The notes under the pieces: model-generated
What the model was told of the DNA's origin: nothing
What the model saw: only the letters and a program-made list of their open reading frames with translations
The model's database searches: none
Part shown: positions 10,816-22,593 of the stretch, piece by piece
Layout of the letters: each line of letters starts with the position of its first letter
How positions within the stretch are numbered: position 1 is the stretch's first letter
Position numbers and translations under genes: made by a program
Source: Octopus bimaculoides
Taxonomy: Eukaryota
Assembly (NCBI RefSeq): GCF_001194135.2
Contig: NC_068984.1
Location: 25,817,912-25,865,894, forward strand
Length of the DNA: 47,983 nt
Reading direction: 5' to 3'

Positions 10816-11613
10816 GTGAGTTTGTGCACTTGACCGTTCTATTAACTTTTTAACAATTTCTTTTTCCATTCAGTTATCAGGAATATTTGCTTTGTTTATT
10901 TTTTAGTGTGTTTTTTTCTTTCTTGTTTTCCTGTGTTATGAATTGAAATTTTTTCTTTTGTGCTTTCCAATAACAGAACTAATGTTAAATGCATTGTACA
11001 TTTTTAAAAGGTATTAGATTGTGATGCGTTTGTGTCTTTCTCAAAGACATTAAGCGGCATTAATGAACTGAACTGATTTCAACCTAAAAGCCTATCTGTT
11101 AATCTAACCGTGATAACCATGAATCGTTTTCAATATCATTTTCTATTTTGTTTATATGGTTAAAACCGTTCACTAACTGTACGAGTTTTTTTTTTTCAAT
11201 GAATGGGATAAGGCTTCATGTCAGAAATATAAATCTTTTCTAAAAATTTACATATTTTGATATTGCAAGAGAAATTGAATTCAAATGGTGCATCTGATAA
11301 CCTAACAATCAAATCAATTTCATTTCCTTCTTTTGTGATGAGTGTTCAGGTATTTTATTATAGCCAAGTGTATCTGTGACTACAAATACATTTAGTTTCA
11401 CACGATCAACTCTTAAATATGCATCTCTCCCTCCCTCTCTCTAATTCCTATGCGTATATCTACATAATCATAATTATATTTTGTTTGGGAACTTTTGCTT
11501 AATTCTCACGAGTATAACTATAGAAACTAGGAAAAGTTGTGTTTCATTCAATCATGGGTCAAATTCACTTTAATTTGTTTTCATAACTTAACATTTGTTT
11601 ATTGTCTACACAG

Positions 11614-11639
11614 ATATGTATCCGCGCGCACTCACGCTT
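11614..11639 (+). CDS. RMDN1: RMDN1 exon 2, 26-nt micro-exon with ATG at 11616 (MYPRALTL)
   Basis: T-rich tract + CAG acceptor (11611-11613) and CTT|GTAAGA donor (11640). The phase-0 end joins the open frame of exon 23612-23720. Confidence 0.7.
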
Positions 11640-14600
11640 GTAAGATAAAGTTTTGACTATTCTGTACTGACACTAGATGTTGCTTCAGTTCCACTTTATA
11701 TATCTCAATGTTTGACAGAATTATTTTGTCAGTTTCCTTTTCTCTCTCTTTTACTATTCGAATTTCTTTATTTACTCTTGGGCTTTCTAAATCACAAACT
11801 TCGCTGTAATACTTTGATACTCTCAGGATTGAATTATCTTCCGACTATTCTCCGTTACATCCATCGAAATATGTGTTTCTCCACCTTTGTCTGTAGACTA
11901 ATTCGTTGCTTGGTATATATATAATATGATGGATATGTAAATCTTTAGTACAGTTGTGTATATTTGAAAAAGTGAAAAAGAATGACTTTTCTGATAATTA
12001 TTTATAAAACGACGATTTGTATTCATCTAATTATTAAAGTGAAAAATAATTATCAGAAAAGTAATTCTCCTTCAATTTATTTTTAATTAAATATATATAA
12101 CTTTTAGTGGCTTTTGTTAATTTCCCGATGCTTTTGGAAAGAGGTAACAATTGAAGTATCTGATCTGTTGCTTATAACAGCTTCGAATGAATTAATGGAA
12201 CTAACAGTTGTATATATTTTAATTATATTCATTCGAAGACAAATAAGCAATCACTTCTCAAGACAAGTCTCTATGTATATCTTTACCCTGTCATTTACTC
12301 TCAGGTCGCCTCCTCACCCCCGATTCTACAGATCTTGTTACCAAAGGCTTTCCAGCCAAGCCTATCCTGCCCTTCCTTCAGGCACAGTGTACGAGGAACT
12401 GCATCATCGAATGTGACCCTCCTTTTTTTTTAATGAAAATATAGTAGGCTATAATTTGAGGGAAATTTAGCTACTCTTTTTAGCTGGTTGAACGACCACG
12501 TAGACGTAAAGTTACTGTAATTGAAGATCGACAGATAAAAGCAAAGAAAAGTTTTCCTGTTACTTTATCGAACATTTTATTTGCTTAAAAAAAAAATGTT
12601 TCTCTTTACTTTGTTTACTAAAACATCAGCTTCATTGATCCGCGGGAGCAGTAACACGTTATAGACACTACACTTCCCTATGCAGATGTATAAAAATAAA
12701 TAACGGACACTGTTTTATTGTTTTCTTCTACGTGTTTCAGCCATTGGTCAGAGGCCATTCTGTGCGGGGGCAAATCACCTTGAAGCGTTTTAGTCGATTC
12801 AAAAGGAAGTCTTGCCACGACTCCAGTGCTTATTTAAAACCAAAATCTGTTACTCATTCTATCCGACTCTTTTTTTTTATCGAGCTGCTAAGTTAGGAAA
12901 TGTAAACATTGGCGCAGGAGTGGCTGTGGTAAGTAGCCTGCTTACCAACCACATGGTTCCGGGTTCATTCCCACTGCGTGGCACCTTGCGCAAGTGTCTT
13001 CTACTATAACTTCGGGTCGACCAAAGCCTTGTGAGTGGATTTGGTAGACGGAAACTGAAAGAAGCCCGTCGTATATATATATATATATATATNNNNNNNN
13101 NNNNNNNNNNNNNNNNNNNNNNNNNNNNNNNNNNNNNNNNNNNNNNNNNNNNNNNNNNNNNNNNNNNNNNNNNNNNNNNNNNNNNNNNNNNNNNNNNNNN
13201 NNNNNNNNNNNNNNNNNNNNNNNNNNNNNNNNNNNNNNNNNNNNNNNNNNNNNNNNNNNNNNNNNNNNNNNNNNNNNNNNNNNNNNNNNNNNNNNNNNNN
13301 NNNNNNNNNNNNNNNNNNNNNNNNNNNNNNNNNNNNNNNNNNNTTGCTAGACTAAAGGCGGTGCTCCAGCATGGCCGCAGTCAAATGACTGAAACAAGTA
13401 AAAGAGTAAACCAATACTGGCTGTCGAGCGGTAGTGGAGGTGGAACAAACATAAAGAGAATTGTGTGTATAAATAAACAAATAATATACACAACACATAC
13501 ATAAACAGCGATTCAGCTGAAAAGAAAAAGAAAAAAAATTTATTACAGAAATTGCTGCAGAAATATTTTCGCTTCTCATGTAGCTATCGAAAGATTGCCC
13601 AACACTGTTGTGATCGACACTCGCTCAAGGTGCTGTGCAGTGGGACTGAACCTACAACTACGAAGCGAACTTCTTAACCAAAGAGCCGTGTCTGCGGTTA
13701 TCAAACTAGGTTTTTCAGCATCATGGAAAGATTATTTCCCTTGCATTGGTATAAATTCTCCGTCTTCATTACGCATCTCTTTCGACTATATTTTATTGTT
13801 TATACACAGGTTGGCCCTAACTGAGGAGATATATAAAATCAAAAGCTCTCCAGCCGTGATCACACCATATTGTTTTCAGAAAAATTGTTTCCAGGGCTAT
13901 ATTATTTTACTGTCTTCCTTTTTTGTTTTCATTTCGCTGCCTTCTTTTTTGTTATTAATTTATCTGTAGTTTGAGGAAAATTTGGCGGTTATTTTTAGTA
14001 GGTCGAGAGAATTCATAGAGACCCTTACCTCCTCATTCGCTTTTCTTTCATACAGATTAAAATGAATGATTTCTGAATGTTGAAAACTGAACTCTTTGTC
14101 ACCAATGTTGTATCATTAATTATGGGTAATTACTTTATCAGTTATGGAATGTTAAAAGTTTAATATGGGACCGGTTAATCTGGATCTTAGTGTCACCACA
14201 AACTGATAAAACTGGCGCTCCGTCGGTTACGACGGTGAGGATTTCATTTGATCTGATAAGTGGAACAGTCTGTTTCTGAAATTAATGTGCAAATGGCTGA
14301 GCACTCCACAAACACACGTAGTTCTCAGAAGATTCGGCATGACTCAAATTGCAACAAGGCTGGCCCTTTGAAATTCAAATACAACCCATTTTTGCCAGCT
14401 GAGTGGACTGGAGCAACGTGAAATGAAGTATCTTGCTCAAGGATACAATGCGCTGCTGGGAATCGAAATCATGACCCTAACATTAAATTTATACCCCTCT
14501 TTTCCATTTGCCCTGGTTTTGAAAGAATTCCTCTTCTTTCCATTCACCCTAGCATTGAATATGCACCCCATTTTCCCCATCTATCCTAGCATCTATCAAA

Positions 14601-17600
14601 TATCATTCTCTATTCACCTTATCATTGAATAAACCCACCTAACTCAGTTCACCTTGCATTCAATAAATCTTAATCTTCTCTAATTAGTTAATTTTAACTC
14701 ATCACCATCATCGTTTTAATTTCCCCTTAATCCCTTTGTTTGTACTTGTTTGTCCCCTCTGTGTTTAGCCCCTTGTGGGCAATAAAGTAATAAACATTAT
14801 GAGGAACCACAAAACAAAAAAAGAACAGAAATTAACTTCCAACTGTTATATAATTTCAACCCCAAGTTAAAGAAAAACAAACAAACAAACATTTAATTAT
14901 GCTGCTAGTGTTTTAGGAAAATGTCAATATTTCTTAGCTATCTTCCTAAAGTTTTAGGCCTTAGTGTCACATTATAAAGAAACTAAAATTTAATTGATGC
15001 CTTTCCCTGAGGAGGATATAATAAGAATAAAATAAACTTGGAATTGTCTCCCATACTTGTCAGAATAATCAAAATAGCATAATTCATTGACTGATATTTT
15101 ATTTCTCACAATATATTTCTTTCTGGCTATCTTTATAATGTTCCCTGCATTAAATATATTTACTCTAACTTAACTATTGTTTTTCCTGCAGATGGCATAT
15201 CTGAGGAGTTAGTTATTGCTTAACTGTCTTTAGCCTCATATTGGTTTTAGCAGGAGTGCAAATTGATATTCTCTTAATAGCTTTCAGGGTTTTCTGTGTG
15301 ACTTGCATGAGGAAATAGAATCTGTAAATGAGTAGAAATAAGTAGTGCACAATTAATCAGGGGCTGAGACTTGACAGAATGGAAATGGTTGATCAGAAAG
15401 TTGAGCAGGCCATCTAAACTGGAGATGGAAGAGCAAATTAACTAGGTAATGAATAAGAGTCCTGTCTTATAGTGGGGTTAATTTGTTTTAATTAGCAGAG
15501 GAAGGACAGTGCTTATGGCTTATTTCAAAGTCTCCAAGACTGGTGATTGTATGGGAAGAAGTTGTCTTAAGACTGGAAATCTAACTGAAATGCATGCAAC
15601 AGCAAACCCTGAAAAGATACCCGAGTGGCAGGGTGTAATGTTTAACTGGATGATGGATTAATTCCAACACCCAAGAATAGGAAGTCTTTCTAATGAGTTT
15701 CCATGAAGTATATGTCTCCTAATTTTCACTCACAGTTTTGGATGATTTGAGTTTATGGTAGAAGTAGAGCACAATGGAAATTAACCAAAGTAGAACATAA
15801 TGAGAATTAACCTGAAGCCATGTAGTTACTTAGTGAACTTCTTCCACACAGGCATGTCTGCAACCATTGCTTTGATAAATGGGAATTTATTGGAGCTGGT
15901 CTTCACCATCAAAAATAAAGAAACAGTTGAAAAAGTGAACATTTGAGTTGCTTTTATCTATCATCACTTTACCATAATATGATAAGATGAGTTCAATAAC
16001 TAGTTTATGTAACTAGTTTTTGTACCATATCTCAACATAATAAAACACATTGATATTGTGCTTATTCAAAGTCTAATGATGTAGTCCTGCTGTAAAGTGT
16101 TTATCTAAAACGAAGCTGTTATTGCAAGAAGTCCCCTACCCCTAGAAGCCTTCTTCAACTGACAGCCAAGTTAAATAGTGATGGTCGTCTAAGCATTAGA
16201 TTGAGTCATGTGATATAATAAGCATGTAAATCATGTGAAGTGTCCAAATGAATGTCATTTTTTCCTTTTTGTATATTGTATTTATACATAAGGACTGTCT
16301 GGTTGCTGGTATACCCTTGTTTATGCTTGTAGACATACATAAGCTATGCCATGATTAAGTTGATTGCTGGACAGGTTGACAGTAGGTTTTGGTTGTTGTC
16401 ACATTTCGATAGCCATATTTACTCTGCATATGTCCACACACAGGTAAACAAAGGCAGCGAGCTGGCAGAAACGTTAGCACGCTGGACGAAATGCTTAGTG
16501 GTATTTCGTCTGCCGCTACGTTCTGAGTTCGAATTCCGCCGAGGTCGACTTTGCCTTTCATCCTTTCGGGGTCGATTAAATAAGTACCAGTTACGCACTG
16601 GGGTCGATATAATCGACTTAATCTGTTTGTCTGTCCTTGTTTGTCCCCTCTGTGTGTAGCTCCTTGTGGGTAGTAAAGAAATAACACACGTAAACACAGC
16701 CATCTTTCTTTGCTACTACAATCAGTAGCAAAACCTCAATATAATTAAAACACATTTGGTCCTATGCTTATACAAAGTCTAATAATGTAGCCCCAAAACA
16801 ATGCTGTTATTGCAAGAGGTCCTTTACCTCTAGAAGCTTTTTTCAACTGATAACCAAGTTAAATAGTGATGATTGTCTAAGCACGAGGTTGAGTCATGCT
16901 TTTTTGTGGACTCAGTGATGTCAAATTTTAGTAAACATTTAATTTCTTCTTTGTTTCTTTACATGCAGTAGTATTTATCTCATAGGTTGTGTTGCAGGTT
17001 TTATAGCTTGGTTAAGTGATAATTTTGACATAAAAATGTCTTTTAGCTTAGCAAGGTTTAGCAATACCTTTGACTACTTAAAGTATTGTTGAGTAACCGA
17101 ATAATCTTTTGCTGTTGAGAAAATGTTAACCTAGTTTATTTTAAATTAAGACAGACAAAGCAGCTATCTCACAAACTAATTAGTAACCACCAGTTAAAAA
17201 TTTAGCAACAAGTATTCTATCAATACTGGGAATTGAGCTAATTTTGTGTATGAGATGACCCCAAATAAAGCTAGAGGTGTAGTTGAGCCATTGGTAAATA
17301 TCTTGACTTTACATGGTTGATAGTTGTTTCAGAGATTGATTATTTTGTTTTGCTTTATCAATAAATTAAATGTTGCTGATAAGTCAATAGTGAATGATGT
17401 GGATATTCCAACAACCATAATTTGTGTTGATCATAACTCTTAGTTGGAAATATAAATTCGTTGTCATTGATTGACAGTGCTTTTCCATGTAATTTACTAG
17501 AATTGCTATTCATGTTGGCATGAGCAGAAGTGTTTCTAAAGATGGCAAATCTGTTATAACTTTTTTTCATTTGCATTCTCTCTGAAATGTCTGATTTCTG

Positions 17601-20600
17601 TTTTTTTCTTTTTATTTTATATATGAGTTACAGAAGATCAAATGAAATTTGGAGGTGAAAATCAAATGAAATTTCAATAATCATATTGATGTGGTGATAA
17701 ATATTACTACTTTCATCTCTCATTGAGATTTTTCTAACTAGCTACTTTGCTTGTTGCAAATCGATATTGTTTTCATCATAAGGAGCTTGTTTATCAACTA
17801 ACTCATGTGTCTGTACTGATGCTATTAACATTTTAAATGTGATGTTGAGTGAAGGCAACAATTAAATTCTCTTAGTATGATGTCTTCTGAATGAATTTAT
17901 TCCACTATTGCATTGTCAATATCATTGTTACCAGAATCATGGTTTTTTGATTTGGTTTTTACTTGGGTAATATAGCTAAGTAAGGACTCATTGATTTGGA
18001 GTGAAATAAACTGCAATATACTCCACTTGTCAAATTTTTTTTTGTGCACTGAAATAGGACATTGGTGAGTTATTTTCACTCATGCAAGTTAATTTGTTGT
18101 CATTTGTATACAATATATTTCATGCAGGTTATATTCCTCAATATACTATAGAATTACCCATTTTTTACTTGTTGTCATCTAAAATACATTCCTAGTGTAT
18201 TGAGATAGTTCTTCCAAGTATATGCTGTTGTAGTTGATGAAGTTGTGATGTTGAGTGCTGAGGATGGTGAAATATCATTTATCACCATTATATGATATCT
18301 GTTAATATTTCTTATTTGCAGTTTAATGTTGTAGTCCCACTAGAAATTGTTCATTGAAAACAAAACTGTAATTGTAAGAGGTCTTTTATTTTTGGAAGCC
18401 TTCTTCATCTGAATAACCAAATTCCTTTCATAAATCTGGTTATCCTGTTAAGCAGAGCTGATCATGTAATGTAGTAAACATGTAAATTGTGTGAAGCATG
18501 CAACATTACCACATGAATGTTATATTCTATAATGCCATTAATTTTATTTGGTGCCATGAGCTTACATTGTAATTTGATATCAGTGAGTTCATAATAAGTG
18601 TAATTGTTACGTCAACTTCTTTTGTTAAATAAAGATATATTTGGGAAATGACTTTTATCTTTTTATCAACTAAAATTGTGTAAACTTGAACTTTGTATAT
18701 GATTTATTTGCTTATCTATTATACTTAAAAAAAAAATCTTTANNNNNNNNNNNNNNNNNNNNNNNNNNNNNNNNNNNNNNNNNNNNNNNNNNNNNNNNNN
18801 NNNNNNNNNNNNNNNNNNNNNNNNNNNNNNNNNNNNNNNNNNAGTGGGTGTAACCAGCCCATTTATGAATACCCCTCATTCATTGGACAATACACCTCGC
18901 TTGTGAAGACCTATTGAGGCAAGTGAAATCAAAATCGCTGACGTGGCCAATGACAGTACCACCTGATTGGCACTCGTGCCAGTGGAATGTTGAAAGCACT
19001 TCCGAATGTGATCATTGCCAGGGCCACAGATTGGCTCCCGTGCCGGTGACACATGAAAAGCACCATTTGAACATGATTGTTGGCAGTGTCGCCTTACCGG
19101 CACATGTGCTGGTGGCATGTGAAAAACAACATTCAAGCATGGTTGTTGCCAGTGCCGCCGACTGGCTCCCGTGCAGGTAGCATGTAAAAACACCTTTTGA
19201 GCGTGGTCGTTGCCAGAATTGTCTGACTGGCCCTCGTGCCAGTGGCATGTAAAAGCACCCACTACACTCTCGGATTGGTTGGCGTTAAGAACAGCATCCA
19301 ACTGTAGAAACTTTGCCAGATCAGATTGAGCCTGGTGCAGCCTCTGGCTCACCAGTCCTCAGTCAAACTGTCCAAGCCATGCCAGCATGGAAAGCAGACG
19401 TTAAACGATTATGATGATGAGGATTCAATCACTAAAGATATCTAGGATACAACTAAAGACTCAGATAAAACCCTCAAACTTGCTACAACTGTTAAGCCTA
19501 CCTTACAGGTTGATGTTTATAGTGGTTACATATAAGACTGATAAAACTGCATTCACAAAGTCAAAGCTTTTTTTCTTGAGAGCAAAAAGTATTTTACTTT
19601 TGAGCAGTTGCTGACCCTCAGTGATATACAAGCATCTTTAAGCAGTTGTTAGGTATATGTTATGCACAGGTGTAACCTTCTGTTAGAGTATGGTTGTATA
19701 CTTTGGACTTCGCCTTTTACTTGTTTCAGTCATTGGACTGCAGCTAGGCTGCGGCACTTCCTTGAAGAATTTTAGTTGAATGAATCAACCCCAGTAATTA
19801 CTTTCTAAGTGTTTATTCTATTAGTCATTTTTGTCGAACTGCTAAGTTACAGGGATGTAAACACACCAACATTGGTTGTCAAGTGGTAGTGAGGATACAC
19901 ACACACAACATTTGTTTCGGTTTCTATCTACGAAATCCATTCACAAGGCTTTGGTCAACCTGAAGCTATAATGGAAGACACTTACTTGTCTACGGTGCCA
20001 CACAGTGAGACTGAACCTGGAACCATGTGGTTGGGAAGCAAATTTCTTTGTGTGAAAAAATTCCTATGTGTAAAAAAAACAACATAAATTACCATATTTA
20101 ATGGCATAAAAGACATATGGGCATGTTTAGTGCAACCCTATTTCAACAGCATATATTCAGGAAGAAGTTTTCAGTGCATTAAAGCATGTAATATAAGGCC
20201 CAGCATTGAATATAGGACCTAGCATTGAATATAGGACCCAAGGGGATATTTTTTCTGGAAAGAAAGTGTGTTTTATATGTCACCAAGTAAGGTAAATAGA
20301 TATATATAAAAAAGACCACTCAGTTAATTGACAAACATTTACCGACCTTTTTGTCTCTTTTATCACCACTTAAACCTTTAGTATTTAAACTAACCACATT
20401 TGGTCCAAATATTTTATCTGTTTTATATTTATACCAACCAGATCTGATCTCTCAAGCCTACCCAACAATGTCATTCTAAAAATGCAACAGTCACAATATT
20501 GAACTCTTAAAGCTATGAGATAATGTGTAATTAATTCAAAACAACTTGAAGAAATCAGCATTATATTTAACAGGAAAATTTAAATGCTAAAAAGTTAAAC

Positions 20601-22562
20601 TATCATACTGTGTACAACACTTTATTTCTGTTCTTATGAATTTCACTCGTCAAGCACTACTTGAAACACTTCACATAGTTGTTTCTATCTCAGACTAATA
20701 CTCTCTGCAACTCACTCATTTTCTGTGTTCCCCAACAAACGGAGGGTCAGGTTATCCTTCAACTATGTCATCTTTATCAGAGAGAGCTTGCAAGCTCTTG
20801 GGACATCCTTGAGAACCATCCATGAGAACCATCCATTTCTCTCTGTTTAAATACTGAAAAAAAAAGAAAAACCAGTTTTGTTCTGTTTTGAGTTCAAATC
20901 ATGTCAAAGCCACCTTTCCCTTTTGTTCTTTTGGGATTATTCTTTTACTTTTACTTGTTTTAGTTATTAGACTGTGCCTATGCTGGGGCACTGCCTCAAT
21001 GGGTTCAGTCAAACTGGTACTTATTCTATCAGTCTCTTTTTGCTGAACAATCAAGTAATGGGGATGTAAACAAAACAACACTGTCAAGCAGTGGTGACAC
21101 ACACACAAATACATGATGAGGTTCTTTCAGTTTCTGTCTACCAGGTCCACTCACTGGCTTTCATTGGCCCAGGGCTATGGTAGAAGACACTTGCCCAAGG
21201 TACCATGCAGTGGGACTGAACCCGGAACCATGTGGTTGGGAAGCAGGCTTCTTTTACCATGCAGCCATGCCTAAATAATTATTGGACATATCAAGGAGTT
21301 GATTCTATCGATTATACCTTACCCTACATATTTGCGGCCTTGTGTCAATATGAGAAATCAATGTTTGTAAATTATAAAGATTGTAGTTCATGGCAGAGCT
21401 TAATGATTTTTTCCAATTGTCAAATTTTACTTCTTTTTGTAATAATTTTCTTAGTGGAAATGGAGGAAGAAAAAGAACAATATAATTATTATTTAAAAAT
21501 ATAAATATGCATTTAAAAGAAAATGTAAATTTATTTATCATTTTTAATGTGTTGTTTTGAAATCGAGTTCCATTGGTGCACATTAAAACATAATATAAAA
21601 GATGGCTGACTTATTATTGATTAACAAATTAAGAGAAAACAAACTCGTGAGTCATTGCAATTATCAGTCTAACTGATGTGTCATAAAAATATTTCTTTCA
21701 TCTTCCATAATGATTGAATAAATCTCCTGTGTAGTATTTTAATATGCATGCAATTCTTTTTTGTTGTATGCGACATCTCCAACTTTTTAATATTATTTGA
21801 TATATTTGATAAAGTAACTGAAACACATTCTATTAATAAATTTACTATTTATATAACCTATCCTGTTTTTTGTAAATAGATATATCACATAAAATAAAAG
21901 AAATGAAATAAGAATGCATGCAAATATTTTATGAAGGGCCACTTGGCTAAGAAGCCTGCTTTGCAACCATGCAGTTTTGGGTTCAGTCTCACTGTGCATC
22001 ACTGTGGACATCTTCTACTATAGCCCTGGCCCAATCAATGCTTGTGTGTGTGTGTGACTTTGTGTTTATCCCCCTACCACTGCCTGTTATTTTTTTTAGG
22101 TCCCTGTTACTTAGCAGTTTAGCAAAAGATACTGGTACAGTAAATACCAGACTTTAAGATAGATACTGGGGTTAATTTGTTCAACTAAACTTTTCAAGGT
22201 GGTGCCCCAGCATGGCTGTAGTGCAATGACTAAAACAAGTCAAAGATATATAAATCATTAATTAAAAAAATAATCAAAGCCACAGTGTAATAAGTAAAAT
22301 AAACTCGCTCACATTCACTTGGATTTTCTGTAATTAAACTAGCTTGTCAAATGTCTTTTGTTCATTGTCAAATTGAATTATCATGGCTATATTGTTAAGA
22401 AGTTTGCTGTGGCTGTGTGGTTAGTAGCTTGCTTACCAATCACATGGTTCTGGGTTCAGTCCCACTGCGTGGCACCTTGGGCAAGTGTCTTCTACTATAG
22501 CCTCGGGCCGACCAAAGCCTTGTGAGTGGATTTGGTAGACGGAAACTGAAAGAAGCCCGTCG

Positions 22563-22593
<31 letters not shown>

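Larger units (their letters stand above)
10560..14050. promoter_or_regulatory. CpG-retaining zone around the RMDN1 5' end (promoter/first exons)
   Basis: Many intact CG dinucleotides compared with the CpG-depleted flanks; contains the exon 1 and exon 2 candidates. Confidence 0.55.

Noticed and set aside
12596-12650. Alternative presequence-like exon MFLFTLFTKTSASLIRGS
   Set aside because: The donor GCA|GTAACA is weak and would need a minor acceptor; no further support.
13031-13504. ORF-track entries containing X runs (also 22440, 22655, 22756, 41642, 41663, 41707)
   Set aside because: They are artefacts of N gaps within SINEs.
17358-18330. Coding-looking minus-strand stretches (e.g. ELVDKQAPYDENNIDLQQAK*)
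   Set aside because: Interrupted by stops, no recognisable domain or splice signals; at most an unidentifiable TE fossil.
20199-20240. 19-bp tandem duplication (also a 13-bp one near 20810)
   Set aside because: Ordinary slippage duplications deep in an intron.
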